Assembly (NCBI GenBank): GCA_021613535.1
Contig: CP075494.1
Coordinates: 3,782,001-3,846,000 of the forward strand
Length of the DNA: 64,000 bases
Origin: Adineta vaga
Lineage: Eukaryota > Animalia > Rotifera
Reading direction: 5' to 3'
A model generated the notes under the pieces. That model was not told the origin of the DNA, did not search any database, and saw nothing but the letters and a program-made list of their open reading frames with translations. Shown here in pieces: positions 26,063 to 38,734 of this stretch. The position numbers and the translations under genes were made by a program. The stretch's first letter is position 1. Each line of letters starts with the position of its first letter.

Positions 26063-26812
26063 GATGAATTAAACTATTTTTGATCAAAACAACGGAATTA
26101 ATCAGTTGCTGAAATACCTTGAAATCTAAAAATGATATCGTTGACTTTTTGTTTTAAAGAACATTACCTTTAGCTTTTCTTCTGCTCAATAATTTTCCTC
26201 ATATTCTACCTGACCGTGTTGACTTCAGAAATTTGATTAGATTTTCTAAACGCTATTTCATCTAGAACATTTATATTAAAACCATGAAAACGTTCCTTTT
26301 GTGGAAAGAAAAAAATAAATGAACTTGATGAACTCTATTTTGTATAATTCTAACAGTGTTGTACTTTATTCTTTGAATAAATTTAATCAGTATATGTTCA
26401 AGTAGAATTAAAACTGGCGAAAATGTCTGATCATTGAAAACTTTCTTTATTTTGATATGTTAAAAATACAATCATATAAGAAACAACTTTACATCAATTC
26501 CAGAGCTTTTCCATATTGCATTTTTCAACACAATATATAGAATAAAATTCACAGCAGCTTTACTCATTATAATGTCCCAAGAGAGAGTTTTTTCTTGACA
26601 TAAAAGTAAATTTTTGATAAACTGAATGTTAAATAAAGATTATGATACAACCAACAGAGTAGATTTATTAATTTAGAAAAAAGTCAAGAATGATGTTGAT
26701 GACAGTTATTTGTATCTTTTTTTTATGCACTTTGCATTTTTCAATTAGAAATTATGTTAAAGACATTTTTTAGTATTTTTCAGATTTTATTCGTTGTATC
26801 AGACCACTCGAA

Positions 26813-27778
26813 ATGACCTTTCCTGTTTCTACTCGTATATGTCTTCTCTTAGTACCTTTAATTCCATCAATTCTAGTTAGTATTTTTGTTCTTTATCATC
26901 TTCTGAGTGTTCGAGCACTTCGCACAGCTCTCAATAATCATGTTATTATTTCCTTACTCTCGGTTGGACTTATCGGAGAAATAACTAGTTATGTGTGGAT
27001 TATTCATTTTTATCGCACGGGTAGCTCTTTAATATCAACACCTGCCTTTTGTATCGCATGGGCTTTCTTCGATACTGCTGTATATATTACAGTTTTTCTA
27101 CTAATGGCTTGGGCATCAATTGAACGACATATTCTTATTTTCCATTCAAATTTATTTGCAACAAAAACAAAACGTTTACTCTTTCATTATCTTCCTTTGA
27201 GCTTAAGTCTTTTATGGCCAATATTATTCAGTCTTGCTGCACTTGTCATTATGCCTTGTAACACTCCTTTCTCTTATGGAACAAGACAATGTAGTCGTTA
27301 TGCATGTGTTATTCAAATTCCTAAGCTTGCGCTATTCGATAGTATTACACATTATATTATCCCATCATTTATTACGGTCATTTTCAGTGTCAGTCTTTTT
27401 GTTCGTGTCATCTACCATCGATATCGCATTCGTCGGACAATTGAATGGAGAAGCTACAAGAAAATGGCTATTCAGTTATTATCAATCTCAGTTCTTTATC
27501 TTTTGCTGCAACTTCCAGTAATGAGTTTATATGCTGCTTATTCTGTTGGTCTGTCACGAACTATAGCAGCTAATTATTATGTAGATGGGCTTTTATTTAC
27601 GAACTGGATTGTATTGTTCACTCCTTTTCTATGTGCTGTATCTTTACCTGAATTACGAAAGAAATCTCGAAATATGATTTTATTTTGGCGAAAACGTCAT
27701 CATGTAACACCAGTAACGATAGGAATGACGCGTCAAAAAGCTGATCAAGTAGTTCCCGTGGCACTCACAGGTCATTAA
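26813..27778 (+). CDS. Rhodopsin-like 7TM receptor, intronless
   Basis: LNNHVII, WASIERHILIF (ERY-like), hydrophobic helices, PF.C..SLPEL. Confidence 0.85.
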   Translation: MTFPVSTRICLLLVPLIPSILVSIFVLYHLLSVRALRTALNNHVIISLLSVGLIGEITSYVWIIHFYRTGSSLISTPAFCIAWAFFDTAVYITVFLLMAWASIERHILIFHSNLFATKTKRLLFHYLPLSLSLLWPILFSLAALVIMPCNTPFSYGTRQCSRYACVIQIPKLALFDSITHYIIPSFITVIFSVSLFVRVIYHRYRIRRTIEWRSYKKMAIQLLSISVLYLLLQLPVMSLYAAYSVGLSRTIAANYYVDGLLFTNWIVLFTPFLCAVSLPELRKKSRNMILFWRKRHHVTPVTIGMTRQKADQVVPVALTGH

Positions 27779-29522
27779 CTATTCTGAAACGATTAAAATA
27801 GACGTGAAATATGGAAAACATCTAAAAGAATCAGCCAACAAGAATTATCGCTGAGAGAATATTTTGTATCGTTTTTCTTTTTACTTGTCGTATTTCTGTT
27901 CTGTTTGATTTTTTGAAAACTAACGCCTATATATATTTGGTATTGTGAATCATTTGATGTGATATCCGTTTTTATCGTATCGTTTGCTTTTTATTGTCAC
28001 AATAAAGTTCGTCTGGAGAGTATATCTATATAAATATATTATTTTACGTTTCCAGTACATCCATTTCTCTTTTTTTCTCTATTTCGATCTTCTATGACAT
28101 TTTTCACAATCAAATTGCATATAACAATATACAGTGACCGACTAAGTTGCTTTCTTTTCTGTTGATATTGACACAACTTGGATCATTCGCAGCGAAAAAC
28201 CTGAACAGATATTTTTGAAAACAAATTCAAGTTTAAAACATAATGCTGTGAGCACTAATTAATCGTACTGATGTTATGTTGTTATCTGAAATACTGTTCT
28301 ACAAATCAAGTACACAATTGAAGTCCATTGAGAAGGAGTATATTAAATAACTATTTGGTCTTCCAGTATATATTCATACAAAATATCACAAGTCTTCCTA
28401 TTTATTTATTTATTACGAATAAATGTCTTATAAGACAAGCTTCTAATTATTCTTGGACTACAAGTAATATTTATGTTGAGTATTCACTTTTATATTTATC
28501 TCATTGCGTATAGAATCTGACAACAAATTGTATTTTAACACCATTTAATGCTGATATATATATAAGGAAGTTCCTTGTATTTCATCGTCAACTCTTTGTT
28601 TCGAATATCATAAAATAAACAATATAAGTTTATTTTCATCAGATAATGACGAAGACCTTTCTATAAGGAAAATCGTTGATGTTTCCTTTCCAGATCTTTG
28701 GCCGATTCGATTGGCTTACTCAGTTAGATGTGGCATGTCATTCTATATCGCTTACATGATCAATATCCTCAGTTTTAGATTAAAGTATAAACTTCAACAT
28801 GATTTCTATCTGAATATCAGATAATAAAAAAAGAATACTCGGAGTACATCAATATATAAATATCTACTTTAGTCGATTAATTTAATGCTTTTCTAATATT
28901 TTTTCTTAGGATAAATTCAAACAAAAGAGAAGAGACAAGTCGACAACGACATAGAAACAAGATAAATTAAAAAAACAATTTCTTTTGCGGTGGAATAGAC
29001 TTGCTAGTGATTTTTGTTGAAGTTTTTGTCAACATTATTATGAAATTACTGATTCCATATTTGGAAAAACGCGACTCTAAAAATGTTCCTGATAAATTCC
29101 TAGCGAAACTTTGTACTGTGAATTGATGAAGATCTTGAATAGAATTCTGTCTATTATCAATAGACAAATAATAAATTTTTTCATGCTTCTCGCAAAATAC
29201 ATTATTAATTATTTTTTTTGCTTTATAGAGAACAGTGTTAATAAAAGTTGTCGAATAAAATAAATATAGAAAAGTAGGAAGAAAAGAAAGAAACAAAATC
29301 ACAGAATTGTAACAAACTGTTTCAGCCTTGAAAATTTCATAACATAATGTTTGAATTATTAAATTCTCCGAAAAACGAAAAAAAAACAGTCTATGACTAA
29401 AATTAAATTGCTGAGGCCATTTAAAAGAGAAGTAAATATAATTCACAGAACTTTCCAACTACTACTCGTTGTAAATTTGATCAGCATATAAAACGATTTT
29501 TTGAAAATGCAAAGAAGCATTT

Positions 29523-31693
29523 ATGGATCGAGTTACACGTAGCGCTATACAACCGAACGAGAAAACCGACTGGCAACTATTTACAAACGATGGAAAATTT
29601 GATAGTAAACTTCCTCCGTATAAACGACTTCTTCGACTAAAAAGTGCTCCTGTCTCTGGAAAAAGTAAGAATAAACTTTCTTTTAAATAACCATTTTGGA
29701 GGTATAGATATGGGTGTAGTTATTTTATTTAATAAACGCGCCTACCTTCACCCAAACTTTCAGAATGCTTGAAATTAGTTTGAATTTAATATTTATGTGT
29801 ATAGGTTATATGATGTACGCGGTGCCGGTGACGAAACCTAACAAGGTTTTAATCCCGGAAAAACCACAACCACAAGTAGAAAACGTGGAAAATTATGTTC
29901 TCGTCTGGTTGGATCAATCTACGGGCAAAGCAAAGAACAATGAAGCCTCTAAAAAACAATTGAAACAAGTTATAAATTGTGTCAAAATATTCACGGATCC
30001 AAAGGAATGTCAAACATATATGTCGAGTATTAAAGATGAAAAAATTTTTCTAATTGTTTCGGGCATAGTCGAAGAAGATTTTGTTTCAAATGTACACGAT
30101 GAAGAACAGCTCGAATCAATCTATGTTCTTTGTCCAAATAAGATCAAAGAAGAACCTTGGTTTAGTAAATATCCTGAAATTGCCGGTGTTTATACTACGA
30201 TTATGTCGCTATGTGAACAACTTGGCAAAGATATGAAAAAGATCGATCGTACTCTTTTAGGCATTGAAATCATGGGACGAGCAACGTCCAACTCTACATC
30301 CAAGACTGATCAACAAGATGCATCGTTCATGTACGACCAGTTGTTTCGCGACATTGTCTTGAAAGTACCAGATGAGAACATGGAAGATATGTATGAGTTT
30401 TGTGAAACGAAATACCAAGAGAATTTAAAAGAACTGTTACATATAAAAGAACTCAAAACAAGTTACCAATCCAATTTTTCGATCTGGTGGTACACTCGAG
30501 ACATATTTCTTTATCGTATGTTGAATAAAGCACTGCGCACACATCAGTATGATACACTTTATTCTCTACGTGTATACATTCGTCACCTTCACGAACAAAT
30601 CGTTGCACAACAAACTAATGACAGCATGAATAAAAAAAAATTGTTTCGTGGACAAGAACTGAAAAAAGCCGATTTCGATCGACTTTGTGAAAACAAAGGC
30701 GGACTTATAAGTTTCTCGAATTTTCTTTCTACAAGTGAAAATCGTGAAGTAAGTCTTCGTTTTATTCGTGATGCTCGTGTTAGGAACAATCGTGTTTTTG
30801 TTCTGATGGAAATTACGGTGGAGAAGAATGCGATAGTTCCTGCAGCTAACGTAACTCAGCTTAGTTATTTTCCGACGGAAAGTGAATGGCTTTTTTCGAT
30901 GGGATCAGTGTTTCGTGTTGGTCCAATAAAATCATTCGATGGAATATGGATCGTCCCTTTGACATTAACAGATGATCACGATAAGCGACTCAATGCTTTG
31001 AAAGAATACTTCAAAAAATCCATGACAGACAGTAATACTTGTTTGAGTTTTGCTAAACTAATGTATCAATTAGCAAAATGGAAACAATCAGAATATTTCT
31101 ATGAAATGGCGCTCAAATCCGAGACTACACCGGGGCGTCGTTCAGTAATATTTAATGATCTCGCAACGGTCAAAGGAGAATTGAAACAGTATGATCAAGC
31201 ACTCGCTCTTTACGAAATGTCGCTTGAACTTAGAGGAACAGTCGAGTCAGACAAAGCGACAACCTATAATAATATTGGAACTCTTTATTACGAGCTGAAG
31301 AAAAAGGATCGAGCCAAAGAATATTATCAAAAAGCACTCGAAGCCTGCAATACTCAAGAGAACAATAATGAAGAGCTAATAGCCACATTACATGGCAATA
31401 TAGCTGGAATTCTAAATGATCAAGGTAAACATGAGGAGGCTCTAGAAAAATGCGAAGAAGCACTCAAAATTCGTCTAAAACATTTCCCGGAGATTCATCC
31501 ACGTATAGCAATTTCATACTGTAGTATTGCTAATACATTACAGCATTTGAAAATGTATGAGAAAGCTATCGAATTTATTGAAAAAGCACTCGATATTGAC
31601 CGACAGGCTTTACCATCAGAGCATCCGCAGACATTGCTCCACAAGAACAATCTTGAAGTGTATAAACAACAACTACAACAGCAGTCTAACTAA
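29523..31693 (+). CDS. ADP-ribosyltransferase (R-S-E type) plus TPR repeats, 2 exons
   Basis: Exon 1 MDRVTRSAIQP.. to ~29664 (GTAAG), acceptor ~29804; ENYVLVWLD N-domain; LFRGQ, NFLSTSEN, TESEWLF; TPRs YNNIG..Y, HPRIAISY. Confidence 0.9.
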
Positions 31694-31872
31694 TGAAAGG
31701 GAACTGATGAAACCAATATGAAGTGAATTTTTATCTAATTATATTTACTGATTAAAATAAATGTTTGATTTTCGTTCTCATGAAGCTTATATTTCATTAC
31801 TTTTTGCATTGAAATATGAATGAAAGTGATGATATGCACACACACACATACACACTCAACATGGTTGTCTAT

Positions 31873-32370
31873 TCAATTATCTTGAAACTGATTTGCTAAC
31901 CAATCAAGACCTTGATTAAGTCCAGTACCATCTAATGTACATGCTGGTTGAATATGCCAACTGCGATTTGATAACGAATGAAGATTTAATTTATCCGTTA
32001 ATTCAATGGTATTCATTATATCCGATAAATCTTGTTTATTAGCAAAAATAAGTAAAGGTATTCCTTGAAGTTCTTCTTCTGAAAGTGTTTCGTGAAGTAT
32101 ATCGCGAATTTCATCAATACGTTCACGATCATGACTATCAACAACAAAAATTAAACCATTCGTACCTTGAAAATAGTGACGCCATAACAAACGGAGTTGA
32201 CTTTGACCACCAACATCCCATAAAGTAAATTTAATATTTTTATATTCTATTGTTTCTACATTAAAACCAATTGTTGAGATAGTTGTGACAATTTCTTCTA
32301 ATTTAAGTTTATAAAGAATAGTTGTTTTACCAGCACCATCAAAACCAATCATAACAATTCTTTTTTCCAT
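31873..32370 (-). CDS. ADP-ribosylation factor (ARF)-family small GTPase, intronless
   Basis: [34 protein letters not shown]. Confidence 0.92.
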   Translation of the reverse strand: MEKRIVMIGFDGAGKTTILYKLKLEEIVTTISTIGFNVETIEYKNIKFTLWDVGGQSQLRLLWRHYFQGTNGLIFVVDSHDRERIDEIRDILHETLSEEELQGIPLLIFANKQDLSDIMNTIELTDKLNLHSLSNRSWHIQPACTLDGTGLNQGLDWLANQFQDN

Positions 32371-32613
32371 TTTCTCTTACAAAATATCGAAAGTGTATAA
32401 CTACGAATAGAGAAAAAGAAGAAAAAATTTGTTATATTAAGTGTATTTCTTTTTAATAACATGTGCGTGTTCTGTGCAAACATTTTTTTTTAAGAAAACG
32501 TTATTATTTATTTTGCATGAGAAAAACAAAATATTTCTTTTCTTCTCAAATGGGCAAAGCAATTAACGAAAAACATGAAATCCATTCTTTTTATTACACT
32601 CTACAAATGATTA

Positions 32614-33297
32614 TTAATCATCTTCACTGGCGAGTTGTAGAGCATAATGAGCAAGTAAACGTGTTGTATCAACAACAGGTTTTCCAAGATTAATTTCGTT
32701 ATATACGACAGGTAGTTCTGTACATCCAAGAATAACTGCATCACAATCGTATTGTTTGATATCTTTTCGAATATCTTCTACTGTGATTGAATTTATTTTT
32801 GATGGAACTATTTCATTTCGTATTAAATCTTCAATTTTATCGCAAACATCATCTGCAGGAATAATTGCAGTTATATTTTTAGCTTGTAAAACTGCATTGT
32901 ATAACCCTCCTTGCATGGTAAGTTTTGTTCCGAGAACTAAAACTTTAGAGAAACTTTTTCGATGACATTCATTAGCAACAATTTGAATTAAATTTACCAC
33001 CAGTAATGATGATTTCTTTTCAATAATATCTATAGCATAATGAGGAGTATTTGATGGAATAATAATAAAATCAGCACCGACTTTTTCAAGTAATTTAATT
33101 GATTCACATATTTTGTTACCTAAACCAATCCAATCTTGTCGATGAATACAATCAAAATATTCATGATAAGAAAATGCGTGCATTGTAAATTCTGGATGTT
33201 TTTTTGATGAAGTAATTCTGGCTGCTTGTGCAACAATTTCATTTGCACATAAACATGCTCCAACGGTTGTAATATCAACAATTCCTATGTGTTTCAT
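32614..33297 (-). CDS. Aspartate/glutamate racemase family protein, intronless
   Basis: MKHIGIV, GADFIIIPSNTPH, VLGTKLTM, VILGCTELP, VDTT. Confidence 0.88.
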   Translation of the reverse strand: MKHIGIVDITTVGACLCANEIVAQAARITSSKKHPEFTMHAFSYHEYFDCIHRQDWIGLGNKICESIKLLEKVGADFIIIPSNTPHYAIDIIEKKSSLLVVNLIQIVANECHRKSFSKVLVLGTKLTMQGGLYNAVLQAKNITAIIPADDVCDKIEDLIRNEIVPSKINSITVEDIRKDIKQYDCDAVILGCTELPVVYNEINLGKPVVDTTRLLAHYALQLASEDD

Positions 33298-33744
33298 TCT
33301 TTGTATAATCTGAAAGGAACACACACTCTTACTCTCAAGACGGAGAACGAAATAAATAAATAATCAGAATATCATCAACAAATTGGAGGCACGATGGTAA
33401 AATAATACCCATCGATATATACGACAAGGAACACCATCTATGGACGCTGATATACAAAGCATTTGGTTACAAGCAAATACGCATCAGATGTAATATGGTA
33501 AAATACATATAGCTTTATATACAAGAGACTACATCGATGTATTAATAAACATGATAGTGACTCATAACATTGCCATACTTCCCTTTTTTCTTGTAATCAA
33601 AATACCTTTATATTCCACTACACTCACATGTTCTTTCCTTATTTTACGATTTTTTTTCTTTATAGTCTCGACAGTTCTGTGTTTGATTTTTCAAACATTT
33701 GTTATTGCCCTGTTATCTATATATATTAAACTTGCTGTACGAGT

Positions 33745-34737
33745 ATGACTAGTACTCCATTTAACAAAGAATTTACATTAAACAATGCAAGTTCATCCAT
33801 TATTGAATTGATTTCCGGTGAACAAGCTATCGAACAATTACAGAAAAAAGATGATTTTATTAATAATTTAAGTACATTTGATTTAGAATCACGGTTACAA
33901 TCATCTTCATTAACATTTGAAGATTATTTCAAATTCGTTGCGCAACATATTCTCACTTGGGATGAGTCATTATGTCAATCTATTGCATCATGTATTGAGT
34001 ATACCAATACAACTTGTATAAATCAACTGAAATTATTAACCTTTCCCGAACGAATTTTTCTTATACTAACAAACGGTAAAGATGAAAATGATGCTGCATA
34101 TTGTCGTAATGAAAATGTCATTGTAATTCCACGTAGTATGATTTTTTCTGGACAAATAATTAAAATATTTATTCATGAATTGTTTCATATATGGAGTAAA
34201 TGGGAATGCAATTTAAAAGTTCGTGATCAATTATATGCAAGTATAGGATTTCATAAAATACCTCTGGAGAAACAAATTGACTTTCCAGTTAGTTTAAATC
34301 CATTGAAGATAACTAATCCTGATGCACCTATTCTGATGAAATATTACATTGATTTGAAAAAACAGGATGATGAAAGTGACAAATCATACAAGTGTACACC
34401 AATTTTACATGCTTCTCGACCTTTTAATGCAAAAATTTCTACAAATATGTTTGCTTACTTATTGGCAACAACATTAATCTTAGATGATATGACATATCAA
34501 CCATTGGAACCATTAGAATATTTATCTTATGATCAAGCTAGTAATTTCTATGATCAAATTGGAGAAAATACACAATATACTATCCATCCGGAAGAGATTC
34601 TAGCAGAAAATTTCGTACTATGGATGACATCTGCAGATAATATAACTGGATTAAAATCACCTGCTATTGTTAAGAACATGAACGATATAATTTCTAAAGC
34701 GTCTGTAGTAGTGCAGAGTGGAGATGCCCATAATTGA
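33745..34737 (+). CDS. Uncharacterised HExxH (zincin-like) protein, intronless
   Basis: AAYCR..IVIP, FIHELFHIWS, ITNPDAP, NTQYTIHPEEILAENF. Confidence 0.7.
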   Translation: MTSTPFNKEFTLNNASSSIIELISGEQAIEQLQKKDDFINNLSTFDLESRLQSSSLTFEDYFKFVAQHILTWDESLCQSIASCIEYTNTTCINQLKLLTFPERIFLILTNGKDENDAAYCRNENVIVIPRSMIFSGQIIKIFIHELFHIWSKWECNLKVRDQLYASIGFHKIPLEKQIDFPVSLNPLKITNPDAPILMKYYIDLKKQDDESDKSYKCTPILHASRPFNAKISTNMFAYLLATTLILDDMTYQPLEPLEYLSYDQASNFYDQIGENTQYTIHPEEILAENFVLWMTSADNITGLKSPAIVKNMNDIISKASVVVQSGDAHN

Positions 34738-36606
34738 AATAAATACACCATACCCTCACCCTTAATTTTCTATAGAGGTCAGAGAATTATGTCTGAAAGT
34801 ATAACATTATGCTTATTGACAAATGATTTTCTCAACATAAAGAAAGAAGAGGTCAATATATTGAAATATATTCAGATTGTCCGATGGCAAAATAACAAAA
34901 CACTATCATTGACCGGTCAGTGTGGCGGACATCGAGTCAAACTTCTTTACCTGAATATAAAAAGAACGAGCAATATCGTGTGCATCTCAATCATATTCGT
35001 CTCATTTCTTTTCTCAACGATTCACTTGCTTCACACCTTCATCAAGATGTTTGCAAATGAGCTAAATACATGTTCTTCGGAATAATAAAAATGATCATTC
35101 TTCGATTCACATTCAATTGGAGGATGAACATATTTGGACTGAATTCAACCATATCACACTCGAAAATATGTAAGTATAAATTAAGCATATGAAAAGCTGC
35201 ATATACTGATCAAAATATACATGTTTCTAGAGTAACCTATGCAGGACGCCGATTGTTTCCAAGTATAGAAGTATCGATCGAAAATCTTCAACCATCGGCA
35301 ACATATGATATCTATGTTGATTTGATTGAAAGTGGGCGTTATGTATGGAATAACAACCAATGGATTGAGAGACATAATAACTTCTCAACTTCAAACATCG
35401 GTAACGATGAAAGTGTGCAACAACTTCGAGCATACCTCCATCACGATTCACCTAATTTAGGAAGCTTTTGGATGGCTAAGCCTATTTCGTTTGCTCATCT
35501 CAAACTGACAATGCGCACCGAAAATTTATTACCTCGTCAGGTCATTAATCATGAGGCGTTATATATATCGGGTTTCAATAATATACTTGGAGTGTATTAA
35601 TCTTTGTTTCTTTTAGATCACTGTTAGACCCGTGCATATGTATGTTCCACGTATTCGAATTGTGCAACATCAATCACCGGATGAAGACAAAGTGCTTATT
35701 GATTCGCAAACATTACCCCTAGCTACATTTATTGCCGTTACCAAATATTGGAATGAAGAGGTAAGTATGCGATATTCTACCTGATTAGTTTCGGCAACAT
35801 CATATTTCTGAAACTTTGTTTTTTGTAGGTTCCCAAGCAGACAAGATTTTGAAAAAACGCGTGTAAACAGTAGCTACTTTTAGGTCGTGTATGGATGCCA
35901 GTCGCGGTTCCCGATGATCATCGGAAAACGCATAAAAAGAAAACGTCAACACACGATATACTTTGATAATTGCTCAAATTTGCCACAAGTAACCCCATGT
36001 AATTTTGCGGTATAAAAAACGCGTACAAAATGATAGCGTTTCCTCACCACTATTTTTACTGCGTTTCCAATGCTCAATCGGGAACCGCAACCATCAACCA
36101 AAAACGACCATAAAAAGTAAACGTGCAAAAGAAATACTTCTTCACTATAAGAAAAATATGCAGCATACACATTTTAAAAACTCACACGTGTTTTTCTTAA
36201 GATATTAATCGAGTTTTACGACCCTGGTCGGGAACCTCAATTGTCAGATGAAAACGGCTAGAATAATAAAGTGTGAAAACGCACTATCTACAACACAACA
36301 AGCATTCTGATCATTTGCACGATCAACATGAATAATCGCAATCTCATTTATAATAACCAAGCGTTTTTCGACCACCAGTAATCCAACTGTTGAACGCTAA
36401 TACAAAGTGAAAACTCTCCGTATCAAATAAATCCATCTAATCATACTTCTGAACTTTCAACGTGTTCACTGCAAACTTATGCTCCCCTTCCCACTTCCGT
36501 ATCCACATATTTCCACCATGAAGATCGAAAAGAGTAGGACTTTGTATTTACACATACATAATCATTATTTCTTCTTAACTCAAACGAACAAATAAACAGC
36601 TTGGGA

Positions 36607-36913
36607 AACTGAGAGGAGAACGAAACCAGAGGTGACATGCATAACTATCAACGAAGTGCTTTTTTTTATTAGACTAGTAACAAACAACTGATTAAGTTGA
36701 ACAACTGAGGAAAACGAAACCAGAGGTGACATGCATAACTATCAACGAAGTGCTTTTTTTTATTAGACTAGTAACAAACAACTGATTAAGTTGAACAACT
36801 GAGGAAAACGAAACCAGAGGTGACATGCATAACTATCAACGAAGTGCTTTTTTTATTAGACTAGTAACAAACAACTGATTAAGTTGAACAACTGAGAGGA
36901 AAAGGAAACCAGA
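36607..36913. repeat. Tandem repeat, ~95-bp unit x ~3.3, inside the transposon
   Basis: AACTGAGGAAAACGAAACCAGAGGTGACATGCATAACTATCAACGAAGTGC(T)nATTAGACTAGTAACAAACAACTGATTAAGTTGAAC repeated almost identically. Confidence 0.95.
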
Positions 36914-37340
36914 AGTAAGCTAAGAAGCAATTTTATGAATATTCGTCAAGTTTAGGTGGAAGAGCAGATGAAATGTTATAAAAAGTTAGGTAGAGGTTTT
37001 GAAAAGAATCCAAAACCGTGTTTTGGATTGTCTTATGGATTTTCGGGGACTGGGCGGTTAATGATGAAGGATGCATTGCTTAGGACGGACATTCCATGAG
37101 TCGACTTTCATCAAATCCTATGTGAAATATATCGGATTTTTAGAGAATGCGACAGATTGCTTGGTGGTTCCAACACTTTGGACAAATTTTCATCGTATTC
37201 GGTGAATTTGGCCTGGGTGTAGAGAAGGAAAAGGCAATTGATTGAGAGAGAAGAAACATCGAGAGTAAAAATACGATTCAGGCAATGCATCTGTCCAATG
37301 AATGGATATAGAACAAAGAAGAGAGTTCGGCTGAATGCTG

Positions 37341-37716
37341 CACTGTAAAAAAGAAAGCGTCGAATTACAAACCCTCGAAAAGGATTGATAGTCGCGACAT
37401 GAACCCTTTTTTGGTTTTATGAACGTAAGATACCCTCTCATAAACACTTGTTTTCATAAACGTTGGTAAGGGTTTCTTATACGTTGCACTTCCATAAATC
37501 CTTTAAGGTAGATGAGCATTCATGTACCCTTAAAAGGTTTGTTCATGTACCCTTTTAGAGAAAACGTGGAAAAGAAAAGCGGTTTTCGAGGGTTTATGAA
37601 GGTAATGAACCCTTTAAGGGTATACGAAAGTACAACGTATAAAATACCCTTCCTATGACTTATAAGGTTAATAAACCCCTAAAAAGAGTTTACTATTCCG
37701 CGCTTTTTTTACAGTG
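37341..37716. mobile_element. Nested non-autonomous CACTG-type (EnSpm-like) MITE, 376 bp, TSD TG
   Basis: CACTGTAAAAAA...TTTTTTACAGTG termini; TG at 37339-37340 and 37717-37718; internal ACCCT/AGGGT subrepeats. Confidence 0.9.
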
Positions 37717-38734
37717 TGTAAAATGAATAGAGATGATTCATTTAAAGGTAGTCAGTTGATGTGTCTTATACAAGTTGAGGGGCCTTTAGTAAGTAAATGA
37801 TTTAGGCGAGATAGTGCATTGGTTTTGAAAAACTGTATTGACGATTTTAGGTATGGTATCTGGGAATGTAATACAGGTTGATTAATACTGTTTACGTTAT
37901 GAGTGAAATTAGTCAAATAAGATAAAGCTCAGTAGTACTTTACATTATTTGCTGTGTGGGCGCTTGTTTTATGATCTTAATGTAAAATGAAAAGGATGCT
38001 GTTATAAAAGAGAAAAAATGCTTTGATTGAAAATATTATCGATTATAATGTCGCCATTGTACGGGCATGAAAAAATCTTGAAACCGTTTATAAATTAATT
38101 TCAAAGAACTAATAGAATCAGGCTTTTGTTTAGTATGGATATAATTAATTAAATTAATTGAAAATTATTTATAAAAGTTCTGGTCATAAAGAACGATGTT
38201 GGTTGCTATTGGCGCATTCGAAAAGTGATTTAAGATTTTACTTGGACTAAATAGATGATACGATATAGAACTAGTTACTTTTGTTTACGTTTGCTTGGAA
38301 GAATGCTCGGCGAAATATTGTATAGAGCATTGTATGCACCAAGGCGAAATATTCTACGTCTAACTGCAGGGATATAGGCGAAATTTTCCACAGTGCTTTG
38401 TATGCATATAGGCAAAATGTTGTAAGCATTGTTGTTCGTGTATTTGTTGCCTTTGTTCAGTGGGACGGATGATAGTATATAAGGCTCGATGATCACTGGG
38501 TTATCGCATTTATTTTCCATGGGAAAATCTCTTTATCTATATTACTTTTCACTTATTCACTTCTCTCTAAAGTATTTTGATTTTTAACGATTACTTAATT
38601 AATTTACTACTATTGTTTTTCAGATTATCTTTTAGTTATTAACGTTCATCGAGAAAAGATTCCTCTTAACGTCATAGGCGATATTATTTCTTATAATTGT
38701 ATTAGTTGATACATTTTCTTGTATCTTATTGACT

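Noticed and set aside
28967-29458. 163-aa F/I/L-rich ORF, and similar ORFs antisense to real genes (e.g. 48964-49392, 19051-19266, 61845-62183)
   Set aside because: Low-complexity AT-rich or shadow frames of genuine CDSs
36607-36913. Possible CRISPR-like array
   Set aside because: Units are identical along their whole length with no unique spacers, no cas genes, eukaryotic context
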